A stretch of DNA of 54,416 nucleotides, from assembly GCA_020052095.1 (NCBI GenBank), contig JAGVPT010000219.1, forward strand, positions 1 to 54,416, written 5' to 3'. The notes under the pieces are model-generated. The model worked only from the letters and a program-made list of their open reading frames with translations. It did no database searches and was not told the origin of the DNA. Position 1 is the stretch's first letter. Every line of letters starts with the position of its first letter. This stretch comes from Bacteroidota bacterium (GTDB lineage: Bacteria; Bacteroidota; Ignavibacteria; UBA10030; UBA8401). The position numbers and the translations under genes were made by a program. Shown piece by piece: positions 26,381-34,874 of the stretch.

Positions 26381-26728
26381 ATGATTGTGCAATCCGCCAG
26401 AAAATATGCCGACAAAATTGCACTTCAAGACCTCAAAGAAACTCCGATTCCCAAAGTAACCTGCCATTTACTTCTCAAGAACATACTGACGTTCGGCGTC
26501 GCACTGAAAAACCTCGATGTGAAGGAACGGAGCCACATCGCCATCATTGGGGATAACCGAGTGAAGAGCGGCAAAAATGTTTTCCCAGAAGATAAAGAGA
26601 TATCTCGTACAGAAAAGCTAATATTGCGACGAGAAAACCTGAACGTCAGGGATGGGAATTTTAGAAGTTCAATTCAATGCGGACGCCTCGAAGCCATCTC
26701 GGAAATGTTCTGTCATTTGCCTTTCTGA
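26381..26728 (+). pseudogene. 5' remnant of an AMP-dependent (long-chain) acyl-CoA synthetase gene
   Basis: The first ~60 aa (SARKYADKIALQD ... FGVALKNLDVKERSHIAIIGDNR) match the conserved N-terminus of acyl-CoA ligases. The remainder is unrelated, and the ORF stops at 115 aa against about 550-600 expected. Confidence 0.55.
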
Positions 26729-26743
26729 GCCTCGGGCTCAGAA
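26723..26743. repeat. Small REP-like hairpin TTCTGAGCC-N3-GGCTCAGAA (second copy at 36081-36098)
   Basis: CCTTTCTGAGCCTCGGGCTCAGAAGGA here, against CCTTCTGAGCCTATGGCTCAGCAGGG at 36078-36103. Confidence 0.6.
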
Positions 26744-26773
26744 GGATTAATTCGCATGTTTGTGAGATAACTT

Positions 26774-27814
26774 CTAAAAGTGAACGGTCATTTCAAGTTC
26801 TGCTCCGCTTGAACTCAGCTTGGGAGCGATAGAGATGTCGAGCGATGTATCATTATTCGGCTTCGTAATGTCGAATCCTTCCGGGTGCGCCGCAATAACT
26901 CCAAACGAATATCCCAGCGCAATTCCGAGTGGCAAATCACTGTACCAATGCCACCCCTTGCTCACAAGACTCCCGCCGACAGCGCCGATGAGAATGTAAC
27001 TCACAGGCCGCATCCACTTCGCTTCGGGAAAATTCTCGCAGAGCACCGTTAGGGCGGCCGTAGTGGTGGCGATGTGTCCCGATGGGAAGGAATAGTACCT
27101 GGGCTGGTGTCGTTCGTAGTCGGCGAGGTTCGGGAAGGGGCGGACAGCGCCGCGGTTCCCCGTTGCAACTATTGGGCTTTCTCTTCCCGAGAGGCGCTTC
27201 AATACTTGAACAACGATGCCGGTGGCAAGAATCGCTTCAGTCATCTGGCTCGCCGTCTTCAGCGCCCGCGAATCATCCTCAATGAGTCCGTAAAGGGCCA
27301 AACTCCCCACAAATCCGAACTGATATTTCCCATCTCCGGCACGTATCAAGGCGTCGCTGAACGATCTGACCCGGCGAGATCCTGTTTCGTATTTGCGAGT
27401 GTTGCTGTAGGAGTTGCGGTCGATAACATAGAGAGCTCCTGTTACGGTCACGACACCGACAATAATCGGAACGCTTTCGACTTGGAAGGTGCGGGTGGCG
27501 AACAACGCCCAGTCGGATGGGATTTTCGTGAACATCGTATGCCATTGTAATGTGGCATCTGGGAGGGATTCCTCCGGAATATTTTCTTTTAGTTCTGTGG
27601 ATTCCGGAAGCACTTCAACATTCTGCAACTCATATTGAATAGGTGTGCGGTCATTTGAAGAAGAGATCGAATCCACCTCGGAGAAGGTCAAGTTGACGTC
27701 CGGGATCGTCGAACCGAACGACATGCACTTATTTGCCAAGAACGTGAGGGTCAGCGCTGTTAGGAAGTGCCGTATAAGAGAGAGCATCTTCGTTCGTCCG
27801 TTCATAATATTCAA
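26774..27814 (-). CDS. PAP2-superfamily phosphatase (membrane-associated)
   Basis: 346-aa ORF. PAP2 motifs: KRLSGRESP, FPSGH, SKGWHWYSD. Confidence 0.8.
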   Translation of the reverse strand: MNIMNGRTKMLSLIRHFLTALTLTFLANKCMSFGSTIPDVNLTFSEVDSISSSNDRTPIQYELQNVEVLPESTELKENIPEESLPDATLQWHTMFTKIPSDWALFATRTFQVESVPIIVGVVTVTGALYVIDRNSYSNTRKYETGSRRVRSFSDALIRAGDGKYQFGFVGSLALYGLIEDDSRALKTASQMTEAILATGIVVQVLKRLSGRESPIVATGNRGAVRPFPNLADYERHQPRYYSFPSGHIATTTAALTVLCENFPEAKWMRPVSYILIGAVGGSLVSKGWHWYSDLPLGIALGYSFGVIAAHPEGFDITKPNNDTSLDISIAPKLSSSGAELEMTVHF

Positions 27815-28725
27815 TTGAGATTAAGATTCAATACGATGCCGACGCCTCCCGGAATCAGCCCCGGAGCAACTGTCAATGCGTAGGAACCGTCTCTGCCAAA
27901 ATGGGCAATGTCATAACCTTCCGGGTGCGAAGCAATCATGCCAAACGTATAGCCTATCAAAAGGCCAAGTGGGTAATCGCTGTACCAGTGTATACCGGTA
28001 TTCACCATGCTTACGCCGATAAGGCCAATGAGCGTATAGCCGACTGGTCGAATCCATTTGAACTCGGGATAATTTTCGGCAATAACTACGACCGTTGAGA
28101 GCGACGTACAGATGTGTCCTGACGGAAACGCATCATAGTGCGGGACTTTCTTGTGATAGGTGATTTGATTGGGAAAGAAGCGCCAAATGCCGGTCGGGCT
28201 TGTCGCAACGAAGGGACTTTCCCGCCCGGTGACGTGCTTGATCACCTGGACTACAATTCCTCCCGCAAGTAATGCTTGTATTGCCTGGCTCGCTGTTCGC
28301 AGAGCGCGGTCATTGTCCATTGTAAGACCATAGACTGCATAGGCCGCCGCCAGGCTTAGTTGAGCTGTTCCATCACCGAAATTTGTAAAAAAATTGCTCG
28401 CAGATTTTATTGGCAGCGAACTTTCAGTCATTCGCTTCGATTCCTGCCATGTCGGCTCGTCGGTTGCAATCAGCATAGCGGTGAACACGGCGATCGTCGC
28501 ATAGGGAGTCACCTTATCTTCACGAAAAGTGATCTTGGAATATTTCATCCAATCGCTGGGCACTTTGGTCACCATATCATGCCAAGCGGGTCTGCCATCG
28601 AAGTGGTTTCGGACCAACTGAAGGGATAGGGATGAATCAGCGGTGGCAGACTGTTTGTCCGAGAGGCCAAGCGCCGGGGATGCTGAGGCTAAAAAGATTG
28701 CCATTAGACCCAGGATAAATCCCAT
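27811..28725 (-). CDS. PAP2-superfamily phosphatase, paralogue of the downstream gene
   Basis: 304-aa ORF. PAP2 motifs: KHVTGRESP, FPSGH, NTGIHWYSD. Shares a 4-nt overlap with the 26774-27814 gene. Confidence 0.8.
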   Translation of the reverse strand: MGFILGLMAIFLASASPALGLSDKQSATADSSLSLQLVRNHFDGRPAWHDMVTKVPSDWMKYSKITFREDKVTPYATIAVFTAMLIATDEPTWQESKRMTESSLPIKSASNFFTNFGDGTAQLSLAAAYAVYGLTMDNDRALRTASQAIQALLAGGIVVQVIKHVTGRESPFVATSPTGIWRFFPNQITYHKKVPHYDAFPSGHICTSLSTVVVIAENYPEFKWIRPVGYTLIGLIGVSMVNTGIHWYSDYPLGLLIGYTFGMIASHPEGYDIAHFGRDGSYALTVAPGLIPGGVGIVLNLNLN

Positions 28726-29563
28726 GCAATTGGGCGAAGTATCAACGAATGTCGGAGCGATAAAAGTCCTCTCTTGGGTTTGAAGTCGGCAAAAAATAAT
28801 GATTCAAAATTAGCAAAAAGAACGCTGGAATACAAGCTGAGGGGAAATTGGGTAATGTCTCACTTTAATTGGGACAGAGAGAGTCTCGTAGATCGCCCCA
28901 TCGATTCCTGACAGGCGTTGTCACTTTGTTTCCGACAGCCTGTGTGAAAAGTACTGTCAAAAATTTTCAGTGGGAAAATTTTTCAACTGGGCCCTCTATT
29001 TCAATTGTTCCCGTTTGCGAAATGTTCGTTTGGTGTAACCTTTTCCCCACAGTGCTCACATTTGCCAAATTCTCCATCGGGAAAAATTACTTTTTGCACA
29101 GTCTGCCTCGTCCAAAGAAAGTAACCTCAGCCAAAGGCTGATGAGTCTCTGGCTCAAAAGAAATCTGTCGAAATCGTAACGCACGGATTCAATCCCAACC
29201 GCACGTGACGACAATTTCAGTGCATCAAGATGGGTTAGATCCGGCGCATTGAAGGGGAGCACCGAAATTGAAACCCTTCAATTGAATCCTTCCCCCCAGA
29301 ACACCCGACGATTTCGACGTGACCCGGCCAATGCTGGTGTGATGAGCTCGGAATCGGCGGCGCTGTGCGGAGGGGGCGATGCGCGCGTTAAGAAAACGGC
29401 TGGCTTGCGGGGTGGCGTGTGTGAGCCGTTTTCTTCGGCATGTGCGATGGGAAGCATCGCAAGGGTTCTCCCTAAGGGATCCCTTTGGGACGATTCCGAA
29501 AAGCTCTCTTTGCTTCTTTCTCTGGCATCAGAGAACGAAGAGAGTTGGATGGGCTGGAAATAG

Positions 29564-29591
29564 AAAAGGCGGGGGATTGCTCCTCCGCCTT
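29564..29591 (-). terminator. Rho-independent terminator of the PDZ gene
   Basis: Minus strand reads AAGGCGGAGGAGCAATCCCCCGCCTTTT. The GC stem is followed by a T-run, 19 nt after the stop at 29610. Confidence 0.7.
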
Positions 29592-29609
29592 CATCGATTG
29601 CAGATATCG

Positions 29610-30566
29610 TTATATAGTAATTCGCCTCGCAACATTTTTGATTCGTTCAATTCTCAACTGGAGATCCCTCATGTCCGGCAGCGATCTCCGCAAGTGCATT
29701 TTTAGATTTTCAAAGTCGCCGTGCGGAATTGCATTCATTTCAAATTCCCTCATCATCTCCCCATCGGGTAGATTCTCGAAATGAAAATTGAATGACGACG
29801 GTTCAATGTCCTGCTCCTCGATTTCCACCGTCAAGATCTTGTTCGCCCCTTTTCTGAGGACCTCAATCTCCAGCTTATCGCCTTTGTCGGTGTCTTCCGC
29901 TGCTTCGTTGAGGTCCCGGATATCCTCCACGGAGCTTTTATTGACCTTCGTAATGACGTCACCGGCTCTGAACCCTGCCTTCTCGCCTGTGCTTTTCTTT
30001 TCAACCTTCTCTACGAGGACCCCTTTGCCATTCGGCGCGCCGAAGTATTCGCCGAGTTGTTCGTTCAGCTCAGAAAGGCGCAATCCCCACATCCCGGATT
30101 TTCCAAAGATCGCCATGTGCGGTGCGCGCGGCGCCGTGGCGGCGAATCCTTCATTGAAATTTCTGCGCCGAGGTTTGCCGACAGCAATGGCGAGCGATTT
30201 CTTTTCGTTGTTCCGCAACACAACGATCGTGGTTCTTGACCCGGCATTCGCTTTTTGCACCGCTCGGAGGAGATCGTCCGCATCGTCAATTTTTCTGCCA
30301 TTGAATTCGACGATGACGTCTCCTTCTTTGACTCCCGCAGAATCAGCAGGGCTTTTCTCCACGACATCGTTGACGTATGCACCTTCATCGCTTTTCAGAT
30401 CTTTTTTCTTCGCGATCTTTGGTGAAATATCCTGAATCGAAACACCTAGCCACCCGCCTTTCTGGCCTTCGCCGGGTTTGGGATTCTTCTCCACCGCGAA
30501 GGCGGCTGAACTGGTGAATCCCATCAAAAATGCCAGCAACACAACCGCGGCTATAGTTGTTCTCAT
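29610..30566 (-). CDS. Periplasmic protein with two PDZ domains (no protease domain)
   Basis: I place the start at ATG 30566 (RBS GAGGAG upstream; signal MRTTIAAVVLLAFLMGFTSSAAFA); the track ORF starts at a GTG 36 nt upstream. PDZ 1: GGWLGVSIQD ... SPADSAGVKEGDVIVEFNGRKI. PDZ 2: GVLVEKVEKKSTGEKAGFRAGDVITKVN. Confidence 0.75.
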   Translation of the reverse strand: MRTTIAAVVLLAFLMGFTSSAAFAVEKNPKPGEGQKGGWLGVSIQDISPKIAKKKDLKSDEGAYVNDVVEKSPADSAGVKEGDVIVEFNGRKIDDADDLLRAVQKANAGSRTTIVVLRNNEKKSLAIAVGKPRRRNFNEGFAATAPRAPHMAIFGKSGMWGLRLSELNEQLGEYFGAPNGKGVLVEKVEKKSTGEKAGFRAGDVITKVNKSSVEDIRDLNEAAEDTDKGDKLEIEVLRKGANKILTVEIEEQDIEPSSFNFHFENLPDGEMMREFEMNAIPHGDFENLKMHLRRSLPDMRDLQLRIERIKNVARRITI

Positions 30567-30781
30567 AAAACACTCCTCACTAGTTGGTGGATAGCAACAC
30601 ACATCGTGTATCGGCTCATCGTTCCTAAAATATAGACGAGGAAGATACGGAATTGTTCCCGTCTATCTTTGGGAGCGCTGAACTGTGAGGGAGGGAGTAT
30701 TAATTGTGATTTACCAGAAACCCGGTCATATCAATAAATGATCGGAAATGCAAGAATTGCCCCGGTATTGGGATCGCGGCA

Positions 30782-33229
30782 CTAGGTTCTCTTACCTTCG
30801 AATGCCTGCCATCGAATGTTAAACTCGCGGAGCTTTTGGTCAACGAGATTATTCACGGTTTCGGCCTCAAAGGTTCCATCACCCCTCTGCGTTCCGGCTT
30901 TCTTGCCGGTAAGTATCTCGAGACCTTCGTCAACCGTCTCCACGACGTAGATATGGAACTTCCTATTCTTTACGGCATCGATAACGTCTTCGCGAAGCAT
31001 CAAATCCCCGACATTGTGGAGGGGAATCATCACCCCCTGGGATCCGGTGAGACCGCGGGCCATGCAGACGTCATAGAAGCCCTCGATTTTCAAATTGACC
31101 CCGCCGATAGACTGGATTTCACCTTTCTGATTGACAGAACCCGTAACGGCGATATCCTGCCGTAAAGGAATTTCGGCGAGACTGGAAAGAATCGCATAAA
31201 TTTCTGTCGAAGAAGCGCTATCGCCGTCAACACCGCCGTACGATTGTTCGAACGTGATGCTCGCATTCATGACGAGAGGTTTGTGCTGGGCAAATCTGCC
31301 GTGAAAAAATCCGCTGATGATCGCGACGCCCTTGTTATGCGTAGGCCCGCTCAGCTCGGCTTCCCGGTCGATGTTGATGATGCCCGATCGCCCCAGCGAA
31401 GTCTTTGCGGTGATACGTGATGGTTTTCCGAAGGCATGTTCTCCCAGATCGTACACCGAGAGCCCGTTCACTTGTCCGACAACTGCCCCTGTTGTGTCAA
31501 TCATGATGGAGCCATCAATGATCATCTCCTGGATCTTGTCTTCCGCGAGCCTCACACGGTAGGTCCGCTCGCGAATTGCTCCCTCGACATGCTTGAAGGA
31601 CACAATCTGTGACTTTTCCTGTTGCGCCCAGTAATTGGATTCCAGGATAACGTCGGTTATGACATTGAAGCGCGTGGAGATCTTCTTCTGCCGTCCTGAG
31701 AGCCTGACGCCAAATTCTATGATTTGTGCCATTGCAGACGCATCGAAGGGAAGAAGGTGCTCATCGTCGCAGGTCATTTTAATAAACCCAAGATATTGTT
31801 CGATCGCGTCGCGGTCCTTCACCATTTCAGAATCAAAGTCGGCGCGAATCTTGAAGATTTTCTTAAAATCATCATCCCGGAAATAGAGCATGCGATAGAT
31901 CTCAGCATCGCCGATCATGATCACTTTCACATCCAGCTCGATCGGCTCTGGTTTCATCCCGGAAGGTGCAAAGCCAAAGAGCGGCTCATAGGTGTGAATT
32001 TCGACCTTACCGGTCCGCAGAGTCCGTTTCAAGTCCTGCCACAGCCATGGTTCCACGATAGCGTCGAGGGCGTTCAGCACGAGATAACCGCCATTTGCTC
32101 GAATAAGAGAACCAGCCTTTATTTGCGTGAAGTCGGTTTTCCATACTCCGCCTTGTTCCAATTGGCGCTCGACAGTCCCGAAGATATTTTTGTACTTCGG
32201 ATTGGTCTCAATGACGATCGGAATAGTCTTCGTGTCAGAATTGTCAACAAAGAGATTGACCTCGACACTGCGGAGCAACTCTTCGGCGATTTCTGCGGTT
32301 GGCCCGGTCTGCTTGTCCTGCGTTTTCTTGAATTGGTCCAGGTTGCGTACGATGAATTCGCGGACATCGAGAAGGTAGCGGCCGGTTTTTTCGCTCGTGA
32401 ATTTCGTCTTGAGATGATCAATTCCTTCATCGAGAATCGGCATAACCATTTTTGTGTCAAGTTCGGATAGCGAATCCTGGATTTTCTTTTCGATATTGCG
32501 AAGTTCGCGAAAGATGGTCATCATCTGTTTTTCCAATGTCGCGTAATTACTCTTTAGCGTCTCGTACTCCTCCTTTGGGAAGCCTCCTTTCTGGACAAGG
32601 AGTTCCACTTGTTCGATGCTCACCGGTTTCTTGTCGATGACCGGTACAATGTCAGGTCGTACCGCGTTCCCCACCTGCACTTGCACGACATTGAAACCTC
32701 GCTCCGTCACTTTCTTCTCAAATTCTGCCAGCACACTCTTCTGCCTGTCGCCGAAATGTTCCATCAGCGATTTTCGCGCATTCTGGTACCGCTGACTCTC
32801 AAATAACGCGGGGATATTACGAAGAAGTTCAGTGACGAACGTCTCCACGTCCTCTTTAAACATCTTCCCCTGACCGGCGGGAAATGTCAGAGCTATCGGC
32901 ATGTCGGGGTTCTTGAAATTGAAAACGTAGCAAAAATCGCTGAGCTCGACTTTCGTTCGCTCAAATGCCTGGAGCATACGTTTGATCGTCGTGGTGCGTC
33001 CGGTTCCTGAAAGACCAGTGACGAAAATGTTGTAACCAAAATGCTTCATCTCCAAACCCACACGGAGAGATCGCAATGCCCGTTCCTGTCCGACAATATC
33101 CCTGCTCGGTTTTAGCTGCTCGCTCGATTCTACTTTTAACAATTTTGGATCACATTGCCATCGAAGCTTATCGGCAGGGAGAGGACGGTGGAGGGGTGAT
33201 GGTTTTAGTGCTGATTTCTTCAGTTTCAT
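30782..33229 (-). CDS. Lon-related AAA+ ATP-dependent protease (S16 family, lon_rel/LonC/YcbZ-like)
   Basis: 815-aa ORF with Walker A-like GLSGTGRTT. The C-terminal Lon proteolytic domain has DGDSASSTEIYAILSSL (catalytic Ser) and GGVNLKIEG (catalytic Lys). Confidence 0.8.
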   Translation of the reverse strand: MKLKKSALKPSPLHRPLPADKLRWQCDPKLLKVESSEQLKPSRDIVGQERALRSLRVGLEMKHFGYNIFVTGLSGTGRTTTIKRMLQAFERTKVELSDFCYVFNFKNPDMPIALTFPAGQGKMFKEDVETFVTELLRNIPALFESQRYQNARKSLMEHFGDRQKSVLAEFEKKVTERGFNVVQVQVGNAVRPDIVPVIDKKPVSIEQVELLVQKGGFPKEEYETLKSNYATLEKQMMTIFRELRNIEKKIQDSLSELDTKMVMPILDEGIDHLKTKFTSEKTGRYLLDVREFIVRNLDQFKKTQDKQTGPTAEIAEELLRSVEVNLFVDNSDTKTIPIVIETNPKYKNIFGTVERQLEQGGVWKTDFTQIKAGSLIRANGGYLVLNALDAIVEPWLWQDLKRTLRTGKVEIHTYEPLFGFAPSGMKPEPIELDVKVIMIGDAEIYRMLYFRDDDFKKIFKIRADFDSEMVKDRDAIEQYLGFIKMTCDDEHLLPFDASAMAQIIEFGVRLSGRQKKISTRFNVITDVILESNYWAQQEKSQIVSFKHVEGAIRERTYRVRLAEDKIQEMIIDGSIMIDTTGAVVGQVNGLSVYDLGEHAFGKPSRITAKTSLGRSGIINIDREAELSGPTHNKGVAIISGFFHGRFAQHKPLVMNASITFEQSYGGVDGDSASSTEIYAILSSLAEIPLRQDIAVTGSVNQKGEIQSIGGVNLKIEGFYDVCMARGLTGSQGVMIPLHNVGDLMLREDVIDAVKNRKFHIYVVETVDEGLEILTGKKAGTQRGDGTFEAETVNNLVDQKLREFNIRWQAFEGKRT

Positions 33230-33314
33230 GTTTAATCAGTAAACGGTGATCAGTAAACAGTCGTCAGTAGTCGGGGACGGGCGATATCCAGCGCCCGGCA
33301 CCTTACACCCACAG

Positions 33315-34424
33315 TTAGTCTCCGAAACTGATACCCAAGTCCCTTGCAGTCAAAACCGTGTCGCAATTGGGTGGTACGGTTTTCATGCGATGGGTTGCGT
33401 CAGCAAGCGGGACGTAGCGGACAGTTGGGGGATCGAGCGCGACCATGACCCCCGATTTTCCCTCATCCAACGCTCGTATTGCCGCGGCGCCAAAACGAAG
33501 CGAAATAAGTCTGTCGAACGTGGTCGGCGCGCCGCCGCGGAGGAGATGCCCGAGCACGACAACACGAGTCTCTTTTCCAGTAAGGTCTTGGATTTGATGT
33601 GCGACCGTCTCGCCGATTCCTCCAAGACGCTCTGCCCTTCCTAATTCTTTTCCAATGACTGACGTTGAACCTCCAATAGCTTTGGCGCCTTCAGCGACAA
33701 CGACGATCGAAAAATAGCGGTGTCCTCTATCTCTATCTTTTATTTTTGCCGCGACTTTGTTGATATCGTAAGGAATTTCCGGTATTAGAATTACATCCGC
33801 CGTTCCAGAAATTCCGCTGTTGAGTGCGATCCATCCGGCGTATCTTCCCATCACTTCAACGACCATCACTCTCTGGTGGGCTTGCGCGGTAGAATGAAGC
33901 CGGCCGATGCAATCCGTTGCGAAGGACACTGCGGTGTCAAAACCGAACGTGATGACGGTTTTGTCGAGATCGTTGTCGATCGTTTTCGGGACACCGATTA
34001 CGCGCAGCCCTTTTTTTGCAAACTCGTTGGCAATGGAGAGAGAACCATCCCCGCCGATAGCGATCAACGCATCAATCTTCATCTTTTTGAAGGCACGCAG
34101 TATTTCATCCGAACGGTCCTTCTCGTACCACTTGTCCCCCTTCCCCTTTGTCGGATATTTTAACGGATTTCCTTTGTTCGTCGTGCCCAATATCGTTCCA
34201 CCGAGATGCGTGATACCGCGAACGTTCTTGCGTGTCAGACGAATCACTCCACCCTCAGGATATCGTTCCGGGAGGAAGAGGCCGTTGTAACCGTCGCGAA
34301 TGCCATAGACTTCCCAGCCCCGCTTTTCTGCTGAAACCACGGCCGCGCGAATGACTGCGTTTAGTCCGGGAGCGTCGCCGCCGCCGGTGTTGATTGCGAT
34401 TCGTTTGATTTTGGATTTACTCAT
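33315..34424 (-). CDS. pfkA: 6-phosphofructokinase (ATP versus PPi specificity not resolved)
   Basis: 369-aa ORF with GGDAPGLNAVIRA, IGGDGS and GVPKTIDND. It has Gly at the position-104 equivalent (ATP-like) but Lys at the position-124 equivalent (seen in PPi-type and some actinobacterial ATP-type enzymes). Confidence 0.85.
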   Translation of the reverse strand: MSKSKIKRIAINTGGGDAPGLNAVIRAAVVSAEKRGWEVYGIRDGYNGLFLPERYPEGGVIRLTRKNVRGITHLGGTILGTTNKGNPLKYPTKGKGDKWYEKDRSDEILRAFKKMKIDALIAIGGDGSLSIANEFAKKGLRVIGVPKTIDNDLDKTVITFGFDTAVSFATDCIGRLHSTAQAHQRVMVVEVMGRYAGWIALNSGISGTADVILIPEIPYDINKVAAKIKDRDRGHRYFSIVVVAEGAKAIGGSTSVIGKELGRAERLGGIGETVAHQIQDLTGKETRVVVLGHLLRGGAPTTFDRLISLRFGAAAIRALDEGKSGVMVALDPPTVRYVPLADATHRMKTVPPNCDTVLTARDLGISFGD

Positions 34425-34644
34425 TTCGATTCCTCCTGAGAGAGATTACCCTCGTAGACTTGGTTTGGCCACAGAGGCACACCCTGGGGCCAGATCCCAT
34501 TCTATTGCGCCGCCAACCCTGCGGCCGATTGGTGAGAATGTAAAGATACCTCCCCATAATTGCAACGTGAAAATGAAGCCGAGTGATCAAAGCCGAGTGA
34601 TCGAATAGCTGGTCTAAAAGGAAGTGATCATGAGGTCACCGCCC

Positions 34645-34783
34645 AAATGAGCCCGCTATATGCAAGTCGTTTACCAAGTGATGCCATGACTTTGTCAATT
34701 GGATTGCCGAGAATTGAGAGAATGCCACGGCCAAAATAGGAGAAGTCATGGCATCACTATTAAATGAGCCCATTATTTGCAGA
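34645..34783. repeat. 16-bp inverted repeat bracketed by a direct repeat, upstream of the URO-D-family gene
   Basis: Inverted repeat AGTGATGCCATGACTT (34677-34692) / AAGTCATGGCATCACT (34743-34758). Direct repeat AAATGAGCCC-N2-TAT-N-TGCA at 34645 and 34762. A further tandem AGCCGAGTGATC x2 lies just upstream (about 34576-34605). Confidence 0.8.
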
Positions 34784-34874
34784 TTCTCCTTCTTGAAATT
34801 CTTGATCTCTTTGTCTACATTCATCTACGATAATTCTCGTTCGGACACATCACTTCGATACTCGCCATCGTCCC

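Noticed and set aside
29160-29215. The T-loop-like sequence ACGGATTCAATCCCAACCGCA might be a tRNA or tmRNA 3' fragment.
   Set aside because: The flanking bases cannot form a T-stem or acceptor stem (CACGG versus CCCAA are not complementary). No other tRNA or tmRNA hallmarks are nearby.
30782-33229. The Lon-like protease might be BrxL of a BREX defence system.
   Set aside because: No BREX partners (PglZ, PglX methyltransferase, BrxA/B/C) or any other defence genes are adjacent. The neighbours are pfkA and a PDZ protein, so a housekeeping Lon-related protease is the simpler call.
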